From positions 299 through 64,298 of the forward strand of contig JAJFJN010000012.1 of NCBI GenBank assembly GCA_021773975.1: DNA of 64,000 bases. The letters run 5' to 3'. The stretch comes from Gammaproteobacteria bacterium. Lineage in GTDB: Bacteria > Pseudomonadota > Gammaproteobacteria > Chromatiales > Chromatiaceae. The translations under genes were made by a program, and so were the position numbers. Under the pieces are notes generated by a model. The model made no database searches and had not been told where the DNA came from. It was given only the letters and a program-made list of their open reading frames with translations. Positions 56,209 through 64,000 of this stretch are shown here, in pieces; the first letter of the stretch is position 1; each line of letters opens with the position of its first letter.

Positions 56209-56321
56209 GTAGGTTGATGAGATGGCCTCCTCCCCCCTTCTAATTCGGCGTCGTAATGCGCCATGATGGAGATGTAAACAACCATCAAACAAAAGTGGAG
56301 GAGACCATCTCATCAACCTAC
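56209..56321. repeat. 25-bp inverted repeat (1 mismatch) enclosing 63 bp
   Basis: GTAGGTTGATGAGATGGCCTCCTCC (56209-56233) pairs with GGAGGAGACCATCTCATCAACCTAC (56297-56321). The single mismatch would be C-A in a plus-strand RNA and G-U in a minus-strand RNA. The repeat ends 80 bp upstream of the next gene. Confidence 0.7.
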
Positions 56322-56400
56322 AAACTTAACTAGCCAGGAACCAACAGAGAAAAAACCAGTCTAGCATTAACACTACACCCCATTATCCGGATGAAGAACA

Positions 56401-56823
56401 ATGACAACACCACAAAGCACAGATCAGAAAAACCCCATAGTGAAAAAACTACTGGTGATTCTATTTTCAGCTATCGTTATCCTGGCCTTTTCCTGGGCCA
56501 TGCTGCCCCAAGGCTACAGCACTGATATCACAAAAATTGGAAAAGGAAAGCCCGCTGTTGTCATTATCTATGACGCTAATAACGCAGGAAGCGATCACAT
56601 CATGGGAAGCCTTACTCAAGTACGAGGCGAATTTGAAGGCCAGGTTGAATTCATTATCGTTGATGTCAATGCACCTGGAGGACAAGTCTTCGCAAATACC
56701 AACGCTGTTCCTGCAGCTAGTGCGCTATTTTTATCTCGCGAGGGAAAGCGGATAACAGTGGTATATCCACCTCAGGAAGCAGCTGAGTTCAATCAAACAA
56801 TACGCCAGGCATTCAACTTATAG
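56401..56823 (+). CDS. Hypothetical membrane-anchored protein (thioredoxin-fold-like, no CXXC)
   Basis: 140 aa with one N-terminal TM helix and a soluble alpha/beta-looking domain. No catalytic motif is present. Confidence 0.45.
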   Translation: MTTPQSTDQKNPIVKKLLVILFSAIVILAFSWAMLPQGYSTDITKIGKGKPAVVIIYDANNAGSDHIMGSLTQVRGEFEGQVEFIIVDVNAPGGQVFANTNAVPAASALFLSREGKRITVVYPPQEAAEFNQTIRQAFNL

Positions 56824-56992
56824 CCCTGCCGTTGGCATTTTGGTTAGACCAAACGCTTCAACACCTGCTTAGTATATGGTGCAATCTCATCAAACCGCCC
56901 TTCCCTCACCTTGTTCACTCATTCTGGCTCAGCCTGCAATGCACGTCCTACAGTACCATAGCTAAAATCAATACTAGAATTTTATTATCAGC

Positions 56993-57781
56993 CTAGTTTT
57001 TAATTTGGGTATTTACGTATGCTCGCGTTATCTCATCCATGCTTTTTAAGATTTGATCTGTAATACTCAACACACTTACTGGAAGGCCTCCTTTCTCAAT
57101 ATCAAGAAAGAATTTACTAACAAGCTTCCAAAGCATATCTACTCTAGATAGCATGCTAGATATTTGTGAAGTATTTTGCTTTGATTGAACGAGTATTTTA
57201 TGTGCTTCTTCAAACTCTTTTACTGCCAATTTAAGCTGAGTTACTGTATTTTCATCTTTAAACCCGGCTTGGTATGCAATGTAATATTTTGCAATTCTCT
57301 GGGAGAGCATGCGCTGCCGACCAGAAACGTTAATGATTTTTTCTTTCTTGAATTTTGACATGGATTCAAGTCTTTTAACTATGGCATTGCTGCTTTCTAA
57401 TATTGTCTCACTTAAGTCAAGAGCTTCAGCTCCACCATTCTTATCATACGGTTTAGTCACAATATCCGAATACAAGCCAAGCATTTGTTCAAGGAATGCA
57501 AGCATATCTTGAACTTCCGCATCTGAGATTGATCGTTTCAGGTAAGCATGGTTTTTTTGAAATAGCTTAAGACTTTCTTCTAACTGACCACTTGATTTAT
57601 CTGCTCTAACACCCATACCAAGAAATAAATATGCCTTTACAATTCGCTGAGATAGCATCCTTTGCATACCTGCAGTATTGATTGCTGATGATAAATCACC
57701 TTGACTCTCTGCATAAGCGTTAAAAGGCAGCAATAGCGCAATGAGCAAAGAAAAGAAAAGCTGTTTTTTTAAATTAATCAT
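56993..57781 (-). CDS. Stand-alone periplasmic protein with two NarX/PilJ-type (P-box) sensor repeats
   Basis: The internal Met gives the signal peptide MINLKKQLFFSLLIALLLPFNAYA. Two P-box-like segments are present: AINTAGMQRMLSQRIVKAY and INVSGRQRMLSQRIAKYY. There is no TM or output domain. Confidence 0.7.
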   Translation of the reverse strand: MINLKKQLFFSLLIALLLPFNAYAESQGDLSSAINTAGMQRMLSQRIVKAYLFLGMGVRADKSSGQLEESLKLFQKNHAYLKRSISDAEVQDMLAFLEQMLGLYSDIVTKPYDKNGGAEALDLSETILESSNAIVKRLESMSKFKKEKIINVSGRQRMLSQRIAKYYIAYQAGFKDENTVTQLKLAVKEFEEAHKILVQSKQNTSQISSMLSRVDMLWKLVSKFFLDIEKGGLPVSVLSITDQILKSMDEITRAYVNTQIKN

Positions 57782-58171
57782 TATGTATTCCAAGTGCATA
57801 TAGTCTTTAACGCCTTCATATTACTATGCCATTAAAGAAGTTTAATTGACTTTGCTTGTTATTAATTATCAGTCTTTATATGAAGAGCGGAATAATAACA
57901 AAAAAACAAGTTTAAGAAAATAGCGCACATAGTGCACATAAAGTTAAACATAAATGTCTCACTCACCAAAAGCCAGCAGCCCACGAATTACGATTACAAT
58001 CTATTAACCAAAGATCTTTGCACGAACAACTATGTTAGCGATTAATCAACCAATAACTGAGTAAATACATCCACCTAACAAGATAAAGAGAACATACTAA
58101 TCGAGCGACTCGCTATCGCATAGCGATCCACTCGGGGGCGATGATCCAATACTAATATCCAGCTCTACAAT

Positions 58172-58549
58172 TTATTGTTCTTCCTTCTTACCATGGTTGA
58201 GCATGTCAGCCAGTCCAGCAAAAGGATTGGAGGTGGCGCTCTTCTGCTCCGCTTTAGCCAAACCATCATGACCGCGCACATGGTTTACATAGCGCTGATG
58301 TTCATTATCATGACAATAGAGGCATAGATTCTCCCAGTTACTGCCATCTGATGGGTTATTGTCATGATTATGATTTTTGTGGTGCACAGTCAGCTCATGA
58401 AGATTCGCTCGAGTGAACTCTCGACTACAGCGGCCACATATCCAGGGATGAATTCGGAGAGATTGCTCTCGGTAAGTCAGAGAACGCTCCTCTGCTGCAC
58501 GCCGTGCATCAATAACTATTTGATCAAGTTTTGACGTATCTTTTGACAT
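58172..58549 (-). CDS. yajD: HNH endonuclease-family protein YajD
   Basis: 125 aa with CGRCS...HHKNHNHDNNPSDGSNWENLCLYCHDNEH. Confidence 0.85.
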   Translation of the reverse strand: MSKDTSKLDQIVIDARRAAEERSLTYREQSLRIHPWICGRCSREFTRANLHELTVHHKNHNHDNNPSDGSNWENLCLYCHDNEHQRYVNHVRGHDGLAKAEQKSATSNPFAGLADMLNHGKKEEQ

Positions 58550-58591
58550 ACTTAACTCTTTAAAAAAATTTATGGTCAGGACATATTCTGT

Positions 58592-59245
58592 CTATATTAG
58601 CTTCAATAAGTCACGGACAGTATTCTCTGCGCCCTGCGCAATCTGACTGATGGAGGCATCCAGCATATAGCAGGGCGATGTCACCAACTTGTGTTGCTCA
58701 TCAACAACCACCTCAGCATGAGTAACTTGCTGATGAGTACCACCCATCGCTTCAATAGCACCAATGGTTCCTGCATCACTGCCAATTGTCACCTTAGCCC
58801 CTTTTAGAATTTTGGCAAGCACGGCTGGTGCAATGCATAGTGCGCCGATAGGTTTAGCTGCATTGACCATTGCATTAACAGCATTTGAAACATCTGTATT
58901 GACCGCACAACCAGAGCCATCAAAAGCCAGGGTTGAAAGATTTTTGGCTACCCCAAACCCACCAGGAAGGAGCAGAGCATCAAACATTGTTACATCAAAT
59001 TCACTTAAGGATTTTATATCACCTCGTGCAATCCGTGCTGACTCTACCAATACATTTCTTGATTCTGGCATCTCATCACCTGTTAGGTGATTGATAACAT
59101 GGTGCTGCGCAATATCTGGTGCAAAGCACTGATACTTTGCCCCCTGACGATCCAACGCTAACAAAGCTAAAACCGACTCATGAATTTCAGCTCCATCATA
59201 AAAGCCGCATCCCGATAAAATAACCGCTACTTTTTTATTTGACAT
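58592..59245 (-). CDS. elbB: ElbB (DJ-1/PfpI-family glyoxalase-like protein)
   Basis: 217 aa with KKVAVILSGCGFYDGAEIHESVLALLALDR. Confidence 0.85.
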   Translation of the reverse strand: MSNKKVAVILSGCGFYDGAEIHESVLALLALDRQGAKYQCFAPDIAQHHVINHLTGDEMPESRNVLVESARIARGDIKSLSEFDVTMFDALLLPGGFGVAKNLSTLAFDGSGCAVNTDVSNAVNAMVNAAKPIGALCIAPAVLAKILKGAKVTIGSDAGTIGAIEAMGGTHQQVTHAEVVVDEQHKLVTSPCYMLDASISQIAQGAENTVRDLLKLI

Positions 59246-59259
59246 GACACTCTCCTCGA

Positions 59260-61083
59260 TTATTCGCTATCACTCCACAGCAGATCATGCAGGCCTGTGG
59301 TTCTAGAAAGTTTTCGCTGAACTGCAGTCGACAATATTTCATCTTTGGCATAAAGCTCAAACCGATTACGTGCCCGTGTTATTCCAGTATAAACAAGCTC
59401 TCGGCTGAGTAATGGATTATCCTCATCTGGTAGAACCAACAACACCTGTTCAAATTCAGAACCCTGGCTTTTATGCACGGTCATGGCATATACCACTTCA
59501 TGCTCAGGTAGAGAGGCCGGTGCAATCTTCCGAACTACACCATCACTTCCTTGAAAACAGGCACGCAAACGGCCATTACATTCTGGATCTGGCAGCAGCA
59601 AACCAACATCACCATTATAGAGGCGCAAACCATAATCATTGCGGGTAACCATAATGGCTTGCCCTGCATAATGATCTCTTCCATCCTGAATAAAATGACG
59701 CGATGCAAGCACCTTTTCAATCTTTTCATTCAAAGAAGCAACACCATAAGGCCCACCCCGAATCGCACACAAAACCCTAAAGCTATTGAACGCAGTGAAG
59801 ATACAATCTAACGCCTCTCCTCGCTTCAGACATTGAAGATAACGTTGATACCCATCAGCCGCCCGCTCAGCAATAGCATCATAATTTTCATGCAGAGAGA
59901 TATCAGCCATAGCCTCATTTTTTAGTAATGAAATTGCCTGTTTACCCTCTCCCTGATTAACTGACTTGGCCAGCTGCCCAATACCACTTTCATCTGTAAA
60001 GCGGTAGCTCTGATGCAGTAGCATAATCGAATCTGCCATAGGCCATGGCGGCTCTTTTTTGGATGGCAAATCTTCCCCGATCAATCCTGTTAACTTGATA
60101 CGAAAAGCTTCAGAGAATACCTGTTGATTACCACAAATGTCCCCCAGTACAGCACCAGCTTCAACCGAAGAGAGTTGATCCTTATCACCTAACATAATAA
60201 GTCGAGTCTTCTCAGGCAGTGCCCACATCAGTTTAGCCATCAGAGCAATATCCACCATGGAGGCCTCATCCAATATCAACACATCAATGGGCAACGGGGT
60301 ATCCTGATTATGGCGAAAATAGACAGAATGCATGCTGGCACCCAGCAAACGATGCAATGTAGTAGCCTGTTCGGGTATAGCATCACGAATTAATTCATCC
60401 ACAGGCAAGGCCTCTTTTGCCTGATGAATGGCTTCCTGCATACGCGCAGCAGCCTTACCTGTTGGCGCAGCTAAAGCAATTTTAAGATCCAACCCATTGG
60501 GTTGCTGACGTAACAATGCCAGGATGCGAATCACCGTACTGGTTTTTCCCGTTCCTGGGCCACCAGAGATAACAGTAAATCGATTAAGCAGTGCAGCAGC
60601 AGCGGCCACTTTTTGCCAATTTGTTTTTGTAGATGATGCAGGAAACAGTTGCTTCAAACCTTGCTGAAGTTGAATCTCATCAACTGATGATACAACTGCA
60701 CCCGACCGCTTGATCAGCGCTTTAGCAATATCCTGTTCATATTTCCAGTATCGATAAAGATAAAGCCTGCCAGACTTATCAAGAATAAGCGGGCAATAGT
60801 CACCCGGCTTACCTAAGACTGACATCTTTTGCAGTGCCACTATCCACGTTTTATATTCAGGTAACTGAAAAGATACCGCATCCTCAACAAGGTAGAGCTT
60901 TTTGCCTGCTTCACAATGCAAATCAAGACAGGCATGGCCATTAGTGGTGGCATTACTTACTAATGCAGCGGCCAATGACAGCTCATTGGATTCATTTTCA
61001 GATAAACGACACATCAATTGAGCAAAGCTTACATCTAATGAAGTCAATTGCCCTTGTTTTTGCAATGCTTGTAGTTGTTTCAT
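59260..61083 (-). CDS. recD: Exodeoxyribonuclease V alpha subunit
   Basis: 607 aa with Walker A ISGGPGTGKTSTV, DEASMVD, and C-terminal SF1 motifs (MTVHKSQGSEF, YTGITRAR). Confidence 0.9.
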   Translation of the reverse strand: MKQLQALQKQGQLTSLDVSFAQLMCRLSENESNELSLAAALVSNATTNGHACLDLHCEAGKKLYLVEDAVSFQLPEYKTWIVALQKMSVLGKPGDYCPLILDKSGRLYLYRYWKYEQDIAKALIKRSGAVVSSVDEIQLQQGLKQLFPASSTKTNWQKVAAAAALLNRFTVISGGPGTGKTSTVIRILALLRQQPNGLDLKIALAAPTGKAAARMQEAIHQAKEALPVDELIRDAIPEQATTLHRLLGASMHSVYFRHNQDTPLPIDVLILDEASMVDIALMAKLMWALPEKTRLIMLGDKDQLSSVEAGAVLGDICGNQQVFSEAFRIKLTGLIGEDLPSKKEPPWPMADSIMLLHQSYRFTDESGIGQLAKSVNQGEGKQAISLLKNEAMADISLHENYDAIAERAADGYQRYLQCLKRGEALDCIFTAFNSFRVLCAIRGGPYGVASLNEKIEKVLASRHFIQDGRDHYAGQAIMVTRNDYGLRLYNGDVGLLLPDPECNGRLRACFQGSDGVVRKIAPASLPEHEVVYAMTVHKSQGSEFEQVLLVLPDEDNPLLSRELVYTGITRARNRFELYAKDEILSTAVQRKLSRTTGLHDLLWSDSE

Positions 61084-61085
61084 AT

Positions 61086-64000
61086 CTATTGTGCAATCAG
61101 GTAGTGATCCATTGCCTCAATCAACTGTTTTGAGGGTTTATCCCAATAGACACCGCATGCCGATCCGGTGGACGGATTCATGCCTCGTACAAATAGGTAG
61201 AATGCACCACCAAAGTGCAGATCATAATCATAATCTGGAAGGCGCAAACTCAGGTAACGGTGCAATGCCAAAATGTAAAAAAGATATTGAAGATAGTAGT
61301 TTTCATGCGCCATTGCCTGCACCAAGTGATCACTCGAATAGGCACTTGGATCATCACCCAACCAATTAGATTTATAGTCAGCCAGATAGAAGCATCCGTC
61401 AACCTCAAAAACCAGATCAATAAACCCCTTCATAAAGCCATTGACATCCGCAAAATTAATACGCTCAATGGCTTGGCGCATTACATCTGCAGATGCAAAC
61501 TCATATTCCAATAAAAGAGTACGCAGCCCTTCTGCATTAATAGCAGCTAAAGGATAGTAAAACTCCAGCTCAACTAGGCGCTGTTTTACACCAACTGATT
61601 TAAGATACAGTATTTTACCTGTATCCAATGGAGTAGATAAAACAGACTCTACCATGTCAGCAATCACCAGCATCCAGTCTGTTTCAAAGCCATTGGCTAT
61701 CAACACATCTTCAACCAGCAGTTCAAGCTTTTCTCGCTCATAGGTTGCAAAGTCAATCTGCTCAAAGATGCTATGAATACAACAACCAGCACGTGCTCCT
61801 CGTGGAAATCCAAAGATGTCATGTGCCGCTGGTCTATCTATCCGTGCTGGCAATTGTTCATCATAATCTGGCTGATCACCCACTTTCTCCGAAGTTAGTG
61901 CAGTAAAACTGGTCACACGCGACCGCGTATCAAATCGTCTGCTAAATAATCTGACTGAGCCTGTTTCATATTGGCTGTTGCATGACTGAACTACCTTCCC
62001 ATCCTCTTCAGGGATAGAGCCGACCCAAACTCCGTTATCAGATTTTTTTACCCACTCAGAAAGCTCCGCTTGCGAATTGCTCGCATCTGCCGAACTCTTA
62101 TCTGAATGCAGCAGCCATGCCAAGGCTGATTGTTCTGTGCCACTAATATTGCCCCAGGTTATATAGCAGCGATATTGCGCACGAGTCATCGCCACATAGA
62201 GTAGACGCAGGTTTTCAGCTCGCTCTTCCTGAATAGCAAACTTACGGTCCTCTTCAAAACGTTCTGATCCTAACTCTAATACCGGCTTATAACTCTCTTT
62301 TTCATCATGGAAAAAGAAGGGTCTTTTTTTACTCTCTGCATAAGTTTTATCTGCCCATACAAAAGGGCAAAAAACGATGGGGTACTCCAGCCCTTTACTC
62401 TTATGAATGGTAATGATCTGCACAAGATCCTCATCACTCTCAAGACGTAGCTCCTGTTCTTCGCTTGTCTGCACTCTGTTTTGACACTGGCGTGATAGCC
62501 ACTTTACCAATCCTTCCATCCCGGATTGAGTCACACTATCATGTTGATGAACCAGTTCACCCAGATGCTGTAAATTGGTATAGCATCGCTCCCCATTCGC
62601 TCTGCTCAATAGTCGTTTAGCTATCTGTTCATGCGACAGTAGTTGGTGAAACATTCTGACAAAGCCTCGCTCTTGCCAGAGTTGATGATAATTTCGAAAT
62701 GATTCCAATTGTAGTTCAAGCGCCTGTTCATCCACTTGCAGATGCTCAATATCGTGGCCATCCAAGCCCAGCATATCAGTTACCAAAGCTGCCTTAATAC
62801 GTGTCTGCTTTGCAGGCTCTGCAATCGCAGTCAGCACACATAGCAGCTCCATTGCTTCATGTGAATGAAAAATATTCTCTCGTGATTGCTGAACGCTATA
62901 GACGCCTAACTCACTCAACTGCTGAGCAATGATTGTTGCCTGCCGGTGCTCATGCACCAGTACTGCAATATCTCCACCACTTAATTTTCGGTCACCAATT
63001 CGAACTTGCCCCTCCTGCCCCTGTTTCAACAATCGAGCAATCTCTACTACTGTGGCACGGGCTGCCAACTGCTCAGCATCTGCCTTAGCTACGCTCTCTT
63101 CACCCTCAATAAGCCACACCCTAAATGGCGCATCCAGATAAATTGAGTCATGCAGATCGTCTCGTTGTTTTGCAGCTGCTTCAACTTCATAAAAAGGAAT
63201 CCAGTCATAGAAAAAGCTGGCATGTGATTGCTTAAAGAGCGCGTTAACCGCCTTAATTAATTTTGGATCAGAGCGCCAATTGGTTTTTAGTGTGTAGCAA
63301 TTTTTGGCATCCTTACGGGCATCATGGTAAGCAAAAATATCAGCACCACGAAAACTGTAAATCGCCTGCTTTGGATCACCAACTAAAAAAACCGGCAGTT
63401 CACTATCGTGAGTAATCATTGAGAAAATATGATATTGGATAGGATCAGTATCCTGAAATTCATCAATCAATACAGCAGAGTAACGCTGGCGTATGGCCTC
63501 AATCAGCACAGCACCATGTTCACCAGACAAGGCGCTATCCAAGTCCAGCAGCAAATCATCAAAGGATTGAATACGTGCCTTGGCCTTACGGACAGATAAC
63601 TCTTGATTGCAGTAGGTCAGTAGATTCTGCTTCAGAGTAACCAGTGCCTGAGCATAACCGAGCGCTAATGCACCCCATATTTCTGCCAACGCTTCACAAG
63701 CGTCAAAGAAGACATGCTTAGGGGGGGGCTTACCTTTTTTAACCGAAGCTGCCAATTCACTAGATGTGAATTTGATGAACTTATCGAAGGGTGTACCCGA
63801 CTGTGAATTCAGATAGTCATTCATCTGCTGAAACCAGTTCACCAGTGATGATTTACGATACTTATTACCATTCAAACTGGCGTCAGATTGCAGCAGATCT
63901 TGAATATCCTGTCGAGTATCTGCCCAGATGCTCCGCGCCTGCTTATAGGCGTTGAGAAACATTGCCTCCTGTGAAGCAAGATCAGCTGGCAATGCCATAC
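61086..64000 (-). CDS. recB: Exodeoxyribonuclease V beta subunit (partial; the N-terminus lies beyond the window edge)
   Basis: UvrD-type motifs (VLIDEFQDTDPIQYHIF, FLVGDPKQAIYSFRGADI) and the C-terminal RecB nuclease motif (GFIDLVFEVDGCFYLADYKSN). The open frame runs to the end of the window. Confidence 0.9.
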   Translation of the reverse strand, partial: MALPADLASQEAMFLNAYKQARSIWADTRQDIQDLLQSDASLNGNKYRKSSLVNWFQQMNDYLNSQSGTPFDKFIKFTSSELAASVKKGKPPPKHVFFDACEALAEIWGALALGYAQALVTLKQNLLTYCNQELSVRKAKARIQSFDDLLLDLDSALSGEHGAVLIEAIRQRYSAVLIDEFQDTDPIQYHIFSMITHDSELPVFLVGDPKQAIYSFRGADIFAYHDARKDAKNCYTLKTNWRSDPKLIKAVNALFKQSHASFFYDWIPFYEVEAAAKQRDDLHDSIYLDAPFRVWLIEGEESVAKADAEQLAARATVVEIARLLKQGQEGQVRIGDRKLSGGDIAVLVHEHRQATIIAQQLSELGVYSVQQSRENIFHSHEAMELLCVLTAIAEPAKQTRIKAALVTDMLGLDGHDIEHLQVDEQALELQLESFRNYHQLWQERGFVRMFHQLLSHEQIAKRLLSRANGERCYTNLQHLGELVHQHDSVTQSGMEGLVKWLSRQCQNRVQTSEEQELRLESDEDLVQIITIHKSKGLEYPIVFCPFVWADKTYAESKKRPFFFHDEKESYKPVLELGSERFEEDRKFAIQEERAENLRLLYVAMTRAQYRCYITWGNISGTEQSALAWLLHSDKSSADASNSQAELSEWVKKSDNGVWVGSIPEEDGKVVQSCNSQYETGSVRLFSRRFDTRSRVTSFTALTSEKVGDQPDYDEQLPARIDRPAAHDIFGFPRGARAGCCIHSIFEQIDFATYEREKLELLVEDVLIANGFETDWMLVIADMVESVLSTPLDTGKILYLKSVGVKQRLVELEFYYPLAAINAEGLRTLLLEYEFASADVMRQAIERINFADVNGFMKGFIDLVFEVDGCFYLADYKSNWLGDDPSAYSSDHLVQAMAHENYYLQYLFYILALHRYLSLRLPDYDYDLHFGGAFYLFVRGMNPSTGSACGVYWDKPSKQLIEAMDHYLIAQ

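Overview
The window looks like a gammaproteobacterial chromosome segment: tightly packed operons, mostly housekeeping and ion-homeostasis genes, and about 50% GC by eye in the core genes.

From left to right:
- An nhaR-like regulator sits next to a decayed nhaA remnant.
- A 10-gene Mrp/Mbh-type cation/proton antiporter operon runs in the order E-F-G-(D/E)-B-C-D-D-x-L.
- An SLC13/TrkA-C permease follows.
- A NaChBac-type sodium channel appears co-transcribed with a protoglobin-PsiE fusion.
- Housekeeping genes come next: beta-carbonic anhydrase, monomeric isocitrate dehydrogenase, a BI-1/YccA protein, an HPF-like protein, an aldolase/SDR fusion, a CZB-GGDEF cyclase, a Mesh1-like hydrolase, and YecA-like, GIY-YIG and HIT proteins.
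- A patch of gene debris lies at about 25.3-27.1 kb: a frameshifted transposase fragment and a sigma54-activator pseudogene.

The most interesting region starts immediately after that debris, at about 27.5-41.6 kb, and is visibly AT-richer than its flanks:
- A NarX/NarL-type two-component pair is divergent from a 12-gene operon.
- The operon encodes a 4x[4Fe-4S] subunit, an NrfD-type membrane subunit and a Tat-exported molybdopterin-type subunit, in B-C-A order.
- Next come a NapC/NirT-type cytochrome with a fifth haem, a monohaem cytochrome c, and four paralogous c7-type multihaem cytochromes (6+6+6+3 haems).
- It also encodes an internally duplicated secreted helical protein and a small cytoplasmic orphan.
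- The operon carries 27 haem-binding motifs in total. I cannot assign it to any characterised respiratory system from sequence alone.

The right part holds endonuclease III-like, GGDEF, yciK, gph, ubiG and ispF genes. It also holds a 10-gene PspA / polyamine / K+ channel / rhomboid array, a 1.1-kb ORF-poor region with hairpins and a tiny basic ORF, a stand-alone NarX-type periplasmic sensor-domain protein, yajD, elbB, recD and a partial recB.

No rRNA, tRNA or CRISPR array was recognised. All functional calls rest on motif recognition by eye, with no database search.
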